Part shown: positions 1 to 12,087 of the stretch, one piece after another
Numbering within the stretch: position 1 is the first letter of the stretch
How the letters are laid out: every line of letters starts with the position of its first letter
Origin: Lama guanicoe
Lineage: Eukaryota
Direction: 5' to 3'
DNA length: 64,000 bases
NCBI GenBank assembly: GCA_013239625.1
Contig: MU056000.1
Coordinates: 13,095,175 to 13,159,174 of the forward strand
The notes under the pieces: model-generated
The model's input: the letters and a program-made list of their open reading frames with translations, nothing else
Database searches by the model: none
Told to the model about the DNA's origin: nothing
Program-made: the position numbers and the translations under genes

Positions 1-484
1 AAGATACTTACTCTTACAAGTATTATCCTCTTGGCTATCTCTCAGTAACAAAGTCATAATACTTCTTTGTAGCACTTAAAAGTTTTAGGTAATTTACCTG
101 AGAATTCCCTGACTTTGTTTGATTTTAAATGCTATCTAAATTGATATTAACAATTGCATAAAAAGGGAGAAAACACTGTTAAATGATTTGTTCACACGAG
201 TATATTTCATAATATAGATCCTATTTTGGACCTGTACAAAGTAAAATCACTTATATTAAAAATTTAGACAATTTTACATTTTTAGGTTGAACATATAAAG
301 ATAAATTATGTCTAGAGCTCAAGATATATGTTTCTCTTTTATCATTATTACCTGCTCTAGGTTACAGAATAATTAAAATACTTGGTTAAATTCTATAACT
401 GCCTGGGCAGCCTATGGTTAAGAAAGAACTTACTTGTATTTTGTCTTAGGCTAAGCCTTTCTTATACTGGTTGAACTTTTCTCA

Positions 485-868
485 TTTTTTTAAAAGACTT
501 TTTTTTTTTTTTAAGAGCAGTTTTAGTTTTCACAGCAAAACTGAGAGGAAGATATAGAGATTTCCCAGGTACCCCTTGGCCCTCACCTAAAGATCCTTCC
601 CCATTATCGACACCCCCCACCAGAGTTACAACTGATGGACCTACATTGACACATAATTCCCCCAAAGTCCAGAACTGACATTGGGGTTCATTCTTGGTGT
701 TGTGCATTCTGTGGGTTCTAAGCACATAATGACATGTATTCGTCATTACAGTATCAGCATATTTTCACTTCCCTAAAATCCTCTGTGCCCCTCCTATTCA
801 TCCTTCCCTTCACCCTAACCCTGGGCAACCACTGAACTTTTTACTGTCTCCTTAGTTTTGCCTTTTCC
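485..868 (-). mobile_element. L1MC1/2-type LINE-1 3' end fragment
   Basis: T-tract then 'agagcagttttagttttcacagcaaaactgagagg...ttcacttccctaaaatcctctgtgc...ttactgtctccttagttttgccttttcc'; matches the recalled L1MC 3' UTR reverse complement and aligns by eye with the copy at 6114-6443. Confidence 0.85.
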
Positions 869-1210
869 TTTTTTCTTTTGCAGTAGCAGCAAAACATTAT
901 TCACAGCCCATTGTTAGTGTCCACAACATTCTCCCATCACTTCATCTTCAGGGTGGGAAGAGAGTGGGTGGAATGTTGAGCACAGAGCTGTCTCTGCCAC
1001 AGTGCCTGACGCAGCTTTGGAGTCAGAGTCTGTCCATCCAGTTGTGGATGTTGGCCGCGCACGATGTGCCTTCAGCCGGATGCTGTTCCCACACATTCTG
1101 GTTCAGTCACCGGTCGGGGCTTCACATCTTCCTCCTACAGTGAAGGGGCCCGTGGTGGCAGGTGCACCTTCAGCCTTCATGGCCTCCTGGCCCCTCCAAG
1201 AGGAGGCAGT
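869..1210 (-). pseudogene. Possible short processed retrocopy (3' end of a GC-rich mRNA), parent not identified
   Basis: GC-rich, CpG-containing island in AT-rich DNA. The minus strand ends '...gctgtgaataatgttttgctgctactgc aaaagaaaaaa', a degenerate AATAAA followed by an A-tail. No TSD found. Confidence 0.4.
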
Positions 1211-1585
1211 GAGAATAGTGAGAATAGTTTTATTGCATTGTTCAACATATTTAAAGGGCTTTCTGCTTTTAGTTTATGCCTCTAAACCCAATGATACCTA
1301 TTTTTTAAAAACATAGCATATAACATAAGTAATTATAGTCAACACAGTGGTCAAAGATGTTCTTGCTTTACTGGGGAGGAATTGGTACGGTTACCTGCAG
1401 TGTTTTGAGAGCCAATAAAACAAATTAGAAAGAAATTATGAAACAGAGATCTGGTTACAGATATATATATATGTGCATGCACACATGTTAAGACTCATTA
1501 TGAGGCAAATACTGTTTTCTGAAAAAATAAGTAAGGTATATTTTAACAAGAGAAGAGGAACAGGAACAGATTAGAAAGTGTTTCT

Positions 1586-1795
1586 GCATTAGCAGATACA
1601 AACTACTGTATATTAAATAGATAAAACAGCAAGGACCTACTACAGAGCACAAGGAACTGCATTCAATAGCTTGTAATAACCTATAATGAAAAAGTATATA
1701 AAAATAATATATATATATATATATGTATAACCAAATCACTATGCTGTACACATAGCTAACACAACATTATAAATCAACTATACTTCAATTAAAAA
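1586..1795 (+). mobile_element. 5'-truncated artiodactyl/camelid L1 3' end with TSD
   Basis: Typical 3' UTR ('aaggacctactacagagcacaaggaact...aatcaactatacttcaatt' + A-tail); TSD aaagtgtttct at 1575-1585 and 1796-1806. Confidence 0.92.
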
Positions 1796-2059
1796 AAAGT
1801 GTTTCTAGGTAACTCACTGATAAGCAAAAGGATATACTGTGCTTGAGTTAAAAACAAATAGCAGATAAGTTTACAGAAGTGCATTTAAGCTTTAGTTTTT
1901 TCTTAACGGAATGAAGATAACCCTTCACATCAGAATGAAAATTGTTCTGAAAGCCGTATTTTCCCAATTTGTACTATTAAATCCGAGGAGAGGGGGTGAC
2001 ATAAAATATTCAGTCGGTTCCTGATCATGACCAGCTGCCGGTAGGCTCTTACGTCTTGC

Positions 2060-2450
2060 TGTTCCCCTGCTCTGGGCAAGGAGCAAAGTCACCTTTCTTA
2101 ATTATTTCGTGATTAGGCAAGACCCCGTATCTGGCCGTGGCCGATGGGTTATTAAGGGGTGGCCCGCGCGTTCCCGGTCTGCAACACTGAATTCCCGCAG
2201 GGGGGCCTCCCGCCCTCGTTTGCTCCGCCGCACGGAGCCCGGGGGGCCCCCTGCTCCAGGTGCTGCTGCTGCGGCTTGTCCAGGAGTCTGCTTGTTGGCA
2301 TCACTGTGTTGAAGCAGGGAGATCTGCAGTTGCGATGTGCCACCTGGACTAAAGAGGACTTCGAGTCAACCCCAAAGAAACGGTTGTTGGGTTAAGCCAC
2401 TGAGATTTGGGGAGTATTTTGTTATGATAGAGCCTGTTATGACTAGTACA
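2060..2450 (+). mobile_element. MLT1-family (ERVL-MaLR) LTR, old
   Basis: The 3' end 'ttaagccactgagatttggggagtattttgttatgatagagcctgttatgactagtaca' is MLT1-like; 5' boundary approximate. Confidence 0.65.
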
Positions 2451-3552
2451 AGAGACTGCGAAAGTCATATATCTGTGCCTGTCACTTATTTTCTTACCCA
2501 GTTACACATTGTGACACTACCTGGCATTTAGATGAAATGATTCTGTCCTCCTCTCCCACCCAGAATTTAGCACACAGTCTGAATTATTAGGGCCTTCCTC
2601 CTCAGGAGCTGTGTGATTTGCTCATTAAGACAAGTGTCAATTAGGAACCTCAGAACAGAAAGGAAGACAGGCACACACAAAAGGCCCAGACAGGAAAGAA
2701 TGACCGTAAGAAAAAAGAGGCTGAAGCCACAGGCTGCCCGTGTGTTCCCGCACCTCCTGCCAACGTGAGGGATGTCGCTTCCCCTGAGATCCCGCAGCGT
2801 TTCCCATCCTAGGGCCCGAGATGAGCAGCCTTGGTCCTGGGGTTGCTCTCGTTTCTTCTGTTTCTCTTTTCATAGGTCTCGGTAGCTTCCAAAAGAGCTT
2901 TTCCTCGTCGGCAAGGGTAGGAGGCTGGTTTGGGTTTTGTGGATGTTCCCAGAAATGCGAGACCTAACTTGGCTGGAACTCTGAACATAAAACAGCAGTG
3001 ACAAGCTCTTGTGTTTAACATGCTGTTACATCTTGGCACACCACGAGGGCTGACAGGTTTGGCTGAGTATAGACCTAGACAGGCGCTGCTTAGGAAGGGC
3101 ACTAAACTGAGCAACTTACTATCCTGAGTGAAGAGGTTTCCTCTCCAGTAAACTTGGAGCATCAAGCACATTGCTGACAAAAAACCCATGACTCCTGTGT
3201 TGCACAACTCCATGGGGTTCCTGTTAGCCTGGGCTCGATATTAGTGGCACCCCCTGGTGCTCAACACACATCAGATCACATTGTGATGGTGCCCCATGGA
3301 GTTGTGCCATATGGTGGCTCTAAAGGTCAGGCACAGAGAAGATGGTGATACTGATGCATGTTAGTTTCTTCATGTTTTCATAGGCTTCTATTTGAGGGGA
3401 CAGATACCTATTAATATTTTATCATTTGGAGGAAGCAGGATTCTAACTATGACATATTTGATACATTTTATGCAATCAAAAAGTTGGCTTAATTTTTCTG
3501 CTTTTAAGTGTCAATGTGTAATATTTTGTATTATTGTATTCTGAAATCTTTT

Positions 3553-4049
3553 CCTTTTTTTAAACTTTTTTTTGAAGTTTAGTTGATTTACAATGTTAGT
3601 TTCAGGTGTACAGCAAAGTGATTCAGTTATACATATTCATACATATCTATTTTTTTCTTTTCAGATTCTTGTCCATTATATGTTATTATAAGAAATTGAA
3701 TATAATTCCCTGTGATATACAGTTGGTCCTTGTTGTTTATCTATTTTACATGTAGTAAGTGTGTCTGTTAATCCCCAACCCCTAATTTATCCCTCCCTAC
3801 CCTTTCCCCTTTAGTAACCATAATTTGTTTTCTGTATCTGTGAGTCTGATTTTGGTTTGTAAATAGAGTTTGTATCATCTTTTTAGATTCCACTAATAAG
3901 TGATATCACATGATATTTGTCTTTTTCTGTCTGACTTATTTCATTCAATATGATAATCACTAAGTCTATCCATGTTGCTGCAAATGGCATTATTTCATTC
4001 TTTTTTATGACTGAGTAATAATCCATTACGTATATACGGACGTTTAGGT
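3553..4049 (-). mobile_element. 5'-truncated artiodactyl/camelid L1 with TSD
   Basis: Poly-T then L1 3' UTR reverse complement ('gaagtttagttgatttacaatg...catgttgctgcaaatggcattatttcattc'); TSD tgaaatctttt at 3542-3552 and 4050-4060. Confidence 0.92.
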
Positions 4050-4147
4050 TGAAATCTTTTTCAAGTTAATTATAATGATAGGTAATACTCAGATACAGCA
4101 GGTGTTATTTTGAGATATTTATGTATAATAATTCAAAAGTTATGTAC

Positions 4148-4275
4148 TGTTATTAGTTCTCCTTCATTGATTGAGAAAGTGAGGCCCAGAGAGATTTATC
4201 ACCTTTTCCAGAATCTCAGAGCCCCTGAGTGTTTGTGTTGCCATTTGGATGTACGCAGTCTGTCTCCAGACCCTC
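4148..4275 (-). mobile_element. MIR SINE fragment
   Basis: MIR core-like 'tgagaaagtgaggcccagagagattt...cagtctgtctccaga'. Confidence 0.65.
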
Positions 4276-5354
4276 CCTAGGTATAAAGTTTATCCTGCGT
4301 CAGCTATATTTATCTTGCTAACTCAATTCCTCTTCACAATCCTTCTGCATGAGTTTGTGTTGAAAACCTAGCTCTAAGGAATCAAGCCACTTGGTGGGTC
4401 TCTCTGAAATAGTTAATCAACTGGTTGTTCTAGCCACGCTAACATGAGTTCATAACCCATTATTATGACTAAGAAATGCCTTATGAGGTAACACTTGGTC
4501 ATCAAAAATTTTAAAGCACATGAAAAGGAACATATTTTCAGGTTCTCGCATTTATTTTTATGTTTCTCTAATGGCTTAGTTTTATAAAAAAGAATGTTCT
4601 TACTCTCTTTGTAGTATCTGCCTTTAAAATCTAGTCCCATTGTATGATGGTATATTTGAACTTTTAATAGATAGTGGAATACGTTTACTTATAGAGTTTG
4701 CTTTTATGCCTTTTAGGAGCACTTTTGTAAAGAAAACAAATACAGTGTGGAAGGAATCACTCCAGAGAAGATAGCCAGCAAGTGTGCCCAGTGGGCTCTC
4801 CTACCAGAACCCAGGGGGAGCCAGACCCATCTGCATCTCTCAGACTTGGCAGGCTTGGGATGTACTTTGGTTTGGTCAAAGGAGGCCTGAGGGGGAGAGC
4901 GATGACCGGCATGAATTCAATGCACCACCCATTCTCTTGAGCGCCAGTGGAGACATTTAGAAGAAAGAAGTCATGGTCAGAGAATTTCCTAAGAAATTTC
5001 CAAGTCTTTGGGCATCAAACTTTGGCTTTGTGTCTAGGTCACCGACAGCTTCATTACATTAAGGCAGCAACCACTCATGCCAATAGAGCTTAGCTTTGGA
5101 TCTGTTGTGGAACCTTGAGCATGAGATGCTTCCAGGAATACCTGGAAAGAACACCCTTGGATTCTACACTGAGGTTCACACTCCAATGACACGATGAACG
5201 GCATTCCAGAGAGGGCCTTCCAGGACATTCGGCTTTAACCAGGAGGAATCCAGAACAGGAGAGGCAGATGTTATGGATGTTTGTGGGCTGCTCTGTTAAA
5301 GCAAGTGAGACAGGTTTTTGAGAGATTCCCAGACAGTAACTTGAGGACTGGTGG

Positions 5355-5780
5355 GGCACAGACTACTATGGCTAACCCAACATGAAATCTCACTTTCCTC
5401 TCTAGTAACAGAGCTCTGATTTGGGGAGTCACTTTGCCATTTAGAAGAAAAGATTCTACTTCTCATCATCTTTGGAGCTCAATGTGGCTATGCCCCTAAA
5501 TTTTGGACAGTGGAATCTAAGCAGATGTGTTTTGTGAGGCTTCTAGAAACACTCATTTTTTTAGGGGGGAAAATTTTTGAAATTTCTTTCTTGGCCTGGA
5601 AGATGAATTTGATGGCAGGAACTTAAGCAGTAATGTTTGAAGCATGAGGTAACCTTGGAGTAGAAGTCAAACTCTGACTGTGAGCTGAAACTGAAGTTCC
5701 AGAATCTTTTATGAATACAGTATATTTGGTCTATCTTTCTTGGACTACCTAACTCTGAGCCTGCTTTTAAATAAGTAAAC
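5355..5780 (+). mobile_element. MLT1J-like MaLR LTR
   Basis: 'tagtaacagagctctgattt', 'ggcctggaagatgaatttgatggcaggaacttaagcag...gcatgaggtaaccttgg', 'cttggactacctaactctg' are all MLT1I/J-like. Confidence 0.7.
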
Positions 5781-6113
5781 GGTCATAATCATTACTGATA
5801 ATTCAGTGTAAGGAGGATTCTGGGTTTCCTAGTACAGCAGTGGGAAAACAAAGACCCCATCAGTTAATAAAATGTCTTGTTTATCCATAGTCTAACCAAG
5901 CATAATAGTGTTTTGACTATGAGTTTAATCACAAAACTAGCTTGGAGGGAAGAGTTATCATTTTAACAATTACTGAGAACCGTGCATTAGCAATGTCCTA
6001 TGCAGGCATGGTAGGTTTAATGGAAGAAATGAATAAAACTTGGTGCCTGTTCCCAGGATCACATTCCTGTGCTGAAGAAAGACATGCATTTTATAAGTCA
6101 TATAAATCAATTC

Positions 6114-6443
6114 TTAAAAACAGACTTTATTTTTTAGAGAAGTTTTAGGCTTACAGCAAATTGAGAGGAAGGTACAGAGATTTTCCACAAACCCCTGCCC
6201 CGGCACATGCATAGCTCCCGCATTATGAACACCCCCACACCAGAGCGGTGCATTTGTTACAGCTGAAGAACCCACACTGCTACATCACAGTCACCCAGAC
6301 TCCATGGTCTACATGTATTCATTAATGTTCATTCATGTCATTGTACGTTCTATCGGTTTGTGGATGTATCATGTACATGTATCCACCATTATAGTATCAT
6401 ATAGAGTAGTTTCACTGCCCTAAAAATCCTCTGTGCTCCACCT
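6114..6443 (-). mobile_element. L1MC1/2-type LINE-1 3' end fragment
   Basis: 'agactttattttttagagaagttttaggcttacagcaaattgagaggaagg...tttcactgccctaaaaatcctctgtgctcc'; same family as 485-868. Confidence 0.88.
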
Positions 6444-6874
6444 TTTGAAATAACTTAAAAAGTGCTATCAGTGCACAAAGAAATTATTATGTGATGGTTG
6501 GAGAGCTCAAGTACTGAGACATGCTGGTATCTCATTTATATAAATGCACAGTGTGTGATGCGTCCTTGGCTTGTCTTCCTGACAATATCAAGATATTAGT
6601 GTCTCTGTAAGTCTCTGGTTGGACACAAGCCAGGCCTCTTTAAAAATTCATGAAACTGACTGTAATACATTCCTCCGCCTAACTCCAGGATATTGTTGGT
6701 TATTAGGCAGTCAGTTGACTGATATAATATCTTTGCATTTACTTTCCAGGCAGAGTACAATGCCTTTTCCAAAAACCAAGTGTGATGATCACTAAGCTGA
6801 TATTGGTAATAATTTGATTTGTACAAATTGGAAGAGGTGTGATCAGGCTGCAAGAATGATTGTGCCAATCTCAG

Positions 6875-7150
6875 AAAAAGTTCCAAGCAGATTAGTCAAC
6901 AAATTGTTTTGAAACAATTTGTTTCAAAAATTGTTATTGGAAACCTTACAAAGAGAAGCATTGATCACTAGGAACTAACATAAGTTCACTAAGGATAAGA
7001 TTTACCCAAATCAGTTTATGTCCTGTTAGATAAGGTGAAGGATTAAGAGGATCGTACTTGCCATTTGTGGCTGGACGTTGTCAAAATTTCTCTCTATTCA
7101 GCAAAGAAATTTAAGCTAGACAGTGAGCACAGTCAGAAGGACTTCCATCT
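6875..7150 (+). mobile_element. CR1/L3 LINE reverse-transcriptase-region remnant
   Basis: 'agagaagcattgatcactaggaactaacataagttcactaaggataag' resembles the recalled L3 'aaggaagcagtgatcactaggagccagcatgggttcactaagaacaag'. Confidence 0.6.
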
Positions 7151-7486
7151 AAAGAAATGACTCCTGATTTCTTAAAGCCTCGTTTCTTTCTGTCTTAGTT
7201 CTCAGTTTTCAATTAGGTATGTGTACAGGTGAGAGATAAACAGATTATAGACAGTCAAGTACAGGAAGCTGAAATGGGAGTACAAATAGGAACATTTTGA
7301 AAGGTAAGAATGGAACTAGGTAGCAGCTTACAAGAGTAGTTCTGAATACAGCAATACTTACACAGTGGAATATTTTCATGTTATTTATGTACAATTAAAT
7401 TTGACCAGAGGACTTAAAAGACAATGATATCAAGTAATAAAAATCATTGAAAATTTTGGCTGTATAATTTTTATGTATCTGTATTT

Positions 7487-7626
7487 TTTTTTATTTGTGA
7501 GATTCTTTTTTTGGTATATTTATATATATTTTTTATTGAAGTATAGCCAGTTTACAATGTTGTGTCAATTTTTGGTGTTCGGCATAATGCTTCAGTCATA
7601 CGTGAACAGACATACATTCATTTTTG
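7487..7626 (-). mobile_element. Short camelid-type L1 3' end with imperfect TSD
   Basis: 'ttttttattgaagtatagccagtttacaatgttgtgtcaatttttggtg'; flanked by tatgtatctgtattt (7472-7486) and tatgtatctatattt (7627-7641). Confidence 0.8.
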
Positions 7627-7983
7627 TATGTATCTATATTTCCATAAGGTTTTTTTATTGAGATGAAATTTGAGTCACCCGTGGCATTTATAAAGTGTCA
7701 CTCATCCTCAATCCCAAGTAACCTCTACAATATCGAATTGAAAGAGCCGTGATTAGTAATGTGTGGCTCTGGTTTCTGGATAACAGCATAGCTTCTATTC
7801 CTAGGTACTCGAGATAATACTTCATAATTTACAGAAATAAGCACACTTTTGACTGATGTTTGGATTCAAAAGCAGGCACTTTCCTAATTAAGGATAAAGG
7901 TTTTTAAAACGAATCTCAGAAAGCTTTTCTTAATTGAAATTTATTATCGTCTATCCATATCTTTCATTAAGATGTTTATTGTA

Positions 7984-8034
7984 ACTTACACAATGTTATA
8001 TGTCAATTATGTCTCAGTAAAGCTGGGAGGAAAG
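7984..8034 (+). mobile_element. Ultra-short (~50 bp) L1 3' terminus with 13-bp TSD
   Basis: 'acttacacaatgttatatgtcaattatgtctcagtaaagctgg' is an L1 terminus; TSD gatgtttattgta at 7971-7983 and 8035-8047. Confidence 0.85.
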
Positions 8035-10530
8035 GATGTTTATTGTACTTTTTAAACTTGTCAGACTCATTGCATGTGATTTTTATTGTAGGTTTCTGTT
8101 GGTCCTCCAGCTACGTATTTCCTTGACTCTGCCATCAAAATAATGAAGTATTAAAATTGGCTCTTTGTCACAATTTTGTTTCCTTATCTTGTCCTTATGG
8201 ATAGATCAAACTTTTACTTCTAGTTCAAATAATTTTTTCTTCTTTTCTCTTGGGGATTAAGCTAGTCTCTTTAGTTTATGTTTTATTTGAAAAGTTTGCC
8301 TTCTCTTTCCTTGGGTATTCGAAGAAAAATTTTCCAAGTGATTCGTGTGAAAATATATTTTGGGGCTAATTTATGTGTGTTCTTTTCCAAATCTTTTTGC
8401 TCTCCATTCTCCTCCATAGACATAAGCTCTTAGAAGGCAAGTCTTTAGTAATTTTTTCCCAGTATACAGAGATTATTCTTTATCCCATAGCACTTTGTAT
8501 GTTATGTATTATTCCTTATGTTTATGATTTATTAAGTTAATTAAATGATGAGGAAAATGAAAGAAGGGAAATTTTAAGAAAGTGGCTTTGCACAGAAAAT
8601 TGATTAATTTCACTGTACAATTAGCCAGTCATTTTACGATTAACATAGCATTAGATGATTATACGCAAGAATCTCTTAAAAAGCCCATAACTTTCTGAGG
8701 TTTAATGAGTTTTATTAGTGACAGGGTTGAAATAAGTTGTAATATAGAACTGTAACATATCATGAATGAGATCTAAGAAATAGGTACTAAAATCAGTTGT
8801 TCAGCAAGAATCAGCGTGTAAATCACAGAAGTACAAAGTTGTTTTCCTGTTATACAACACAGATTTTTTTTCAAGTATCTCTTTTTTAAATTTTTTCTTC
8901 CTTAAATAATTATTCAGATTTCACTTTACTTTGAAAGTGAGTGTGTGTGGGAGGAGAAGTAGATTTTAACTCAATTAGGGAAAATTCTTAATGACATTAT
9001 ATATTCTGGTGGGTAAGTTGATAGATTTAAAGTCTATAATAAATTTACTTAAAACCTGATTTGAGTAAATGTACCTCTCTGTAATTCCTAAGCAAATATT
9101 AAATAAATTTTTAGTGAAGCCACAAAAACCTGTCTGAATTTTTGCCCAATCTTACATTTTTTTCTCACCTTGGTTAACGTTTACCAAGATAAATCTTGTA
9201 TTTCTTACAGAACGGCAGACCGCCAGTGGACATGAAGTTCTTTCTGCAATAAGACAGTCGGATGTTGTAACTTCCCTCTGCACCCCTGCCTGTCCTGGCC
9301 AGGACCTGTTCACACAGACATGAGGTGTGTTCACTACTCAGTTGATTCCAAAAATAACACATAGAGTCTGCGTATGAGGTGCAAGGCTTTGCTTTTTCTA
9401 AAAGGCCTGCATTTCCATGGAAACCAGACAGGCAGAAAAGAAAAGATAAGCGCATGGAATCATTCAGTGCTTGGAAACAAAGCTGAATGCAGACCAACTG
9501 CCTCATCTGAATTCAGCCTGTGAAAACCAGGCACCACCCTGACCCCAGGCTGCTGAGGAAAGTTGACCCCCGCTGGCTTCAGTCCATCAGAAACACATCT
9601 CTTCCTTGAACTGGAGTTGTTTCAAAGGTTAGAAAGGCAGGATTTGAAGTTCAAGTGCCCAGATTATTTTTACTTTCTGCCACTCCTTGCCAGTTCACAT
9701 TTCCATTTTGTAAAAATACAAAATCTTAAAAAAAAAAAAAGAGAGAGAGAAAAACTTCTGAATTGCTTATCGTTTCAAATGAATATTCAAGGTTATTTCA
9801 AGCTTAATGAGCAATGCTTTGAAATCTTTAGGAAATATTATATTAAATGAAAGATCTTTGTTCACAATAGCTTAATCAAGCAATGGACATTTGTCAAATG
9901 TCTATAAGAGACTTGTTATTGGCAAGCAGAAGGGTCTTCTAGTCAGAAACCACACAACTGTAGATCCAGGGGAAGAAGACTGTGTCTGTCTCTACCCTCA
10001 GAGCTTCCTAGAGGAGTATGACATTTTGATTTAATTGAAATGAAAAAATGATACTAAAACTAAATGTATATTGTGGAACATAAGTTGCTTCTATTTGTTT
10101 CTGAAAACCACCCAACCATTTGTCATTATGATAGAAAAAAGTCTACTAGGATTGTACTAAATAATCATGACTGTATTAAATAGTACCATGATTGTAACTA
10201 AATAACTAAATAACCTATTCCCCTGTCCGTCTGACCCCCACATCCTAGCATGTTGGTCACTTCATCCAGATATTAAGAGGAATACTGTCCGTTCGGGATG
10301 TGTACTCTGAGACATAGAAATTCCAGAGAGGAGAACACAGATGTGGGTCGGAGCCATTCCGTTTAGGTTTCTTTCTTTAACCATTTCTGATGCTAGAGTT
10401 GAAGGATTACTGATACTCTGTTAAATGTATTACTTGTGTGCGAGCAAGTGTGAACCATTCTGTTTTGATGTGGGACAAGGTATGGTCATATCAGAGCTAT
10501 TGTGCCACCACAGAATTTGGGCATTATAAC

Positions 10531-10782
10531 CGTATGAAATTAATTAAACAAGAAGGCCACGGGACTGAGATTCGGCTGATCACAAACAGCCGCGGAGGCT
10601 TCAAGCTACAGCCAATCACATCACTTGCCGTCTTCGCTTCCGCATCTTCCCTGTCATCTTTCCCCAGCTCCTCACAGCGGAGCCCTGATAACCACTTCCC
10701 GCTTAGTGCTGCCTGATTTGAATCCCTTTTTGCTCAAAGAAACTCTTAACATTTTAAATATGCTTCAGCGTGTCATTTAGTA
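10531..10782 (+). mobile_element. ERV1-type LTR, probably internally deleted
   Basis: Start 'aaattaattaaacaagaaggccacgggactgag', CCAAT box 'cagccaatca', 3' part 'tttttgctcaaagaaactcttaacattttaaatatgcttcag'. Confidence 0.65.
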
Positions 10783-11533
10783 CTGGCAAGGAAATGATAT
10801 AAAGACACTCACTCCCAAAAAGAAGTCAGAGAAGACACATGTGGCCCAAGAACAGTGGGTAACTGGGGAGACCACTGTACGTGCACGCAGTGTGAACTGT
10901 CCTCCAGTTTTCCTGGTCTTGCAGAAGAGTCTTACACACAGGAGGACATCATAAACAATGAAAAATACAAAAGAGCAACCTCAAATAAAGCTTAAAAAGT
11001 GGAGATGAGTCCTGAGAAGAGAAGGTAGCATAAGGTGAAGTGGGGAGTACTTTATTCACTTCGTCCTCGTGATTTTGTAGTGAGTTAGCGAGTAGAACCT
11101 AAGAGAAGCCTCGTATGTGACGTTTCAGATGCCATAACTGCAATGAAAAAAATTCATGTCAGTATTGGACAGGGAGAGGGCAGAATGCAGATGCTTCTAA
11201 AGAACACCTAGAAGACATAATAGCAGTCACAAATAATTAGAAAGTAAAGATTTGGACCTGAGGTCTCTGAAGTCCTCTGGGGGCGGAGGTAGCATTTCGT
11301 TATTTTCACCCATTTCTCATTTCGTGAGATGACGTTAGGAAGTGTTTGCTGCTGTTTCCTCAACCTCTGAGAATCTCGAACACTGTTACAGTGCAGCTAG
11401 AGAACAAAGACATAATATCATTGGATTTTAAGCTTTATAAAGTTTAACCCGTTCATAAAACAGATCCAGAAAGAGTATCTGTGAGGCAAAGCCACTCGCC
11501 TTCTCTTCTGTGGCGCTCCGGCCCCCTCACCCC

Positions 11534-11535
<2 letters not shown>

Positions 11536-11577
<42 letters not shown>
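11536..11577. repeat. (AC)21 microsatellite
   Basis: Directly visible perfect dinucleotide run. Confidence 0.97.
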
Positions 11578-11579
<2 letters not shown>

Positions 11580-12087
11580 AAGAAGAAAACAAAACAAAAC
11601 AAAAAGCAGGAGACTGAAGAGATAAGTGGCTCTTTGAAGGGGATGTCTGTACTTGGGTTCCCTCCTGGTCTTAACTCTAAAGAATAGGGATACTGGGATC
11701 GTGCACAGTTTGGAGATCTGAGATTGTGGGAGGTCTGGGTTCTACTTCCCATCTTGTCCTGGGAGGCAGTTCCCATAGAAAAGTCCTTGTTTACTGTAGC
11801 ATTGGAGAGGAGCAGGGCCAGAGGCACCCGGGGGTGCCTGGTGAGAGGGGGTAGCATTTATTAGATCCTTAGATGCATCAGTAGAGCGCCTGTACACGCA
11901 CACACGTGCAAATGTGACACTGAGAGACCTGAAGGACTCTTGTCATCTTCCCGGTGGGCATCTATAGTTCAAAGATAACGGCGCTGGAGATGGAGTGGGT
12001 TGGGGTGAGCGCAGAGCCTCTGGGATGCCAGCAGAGAAGTATACACCCACACCCAAGGATCGGCAAGGCTTTGCGCCTGGGAACAGA

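Noticed and set aside
485..6443. Apparent duplication between 485-868 and 6114-6443
   Set aside because: Independent copies of the same L1MC family; flanks are unrelated
10230..10370. Possible second CR1/L3 remnant
   Set aside because: Similarity too weak to call by eye
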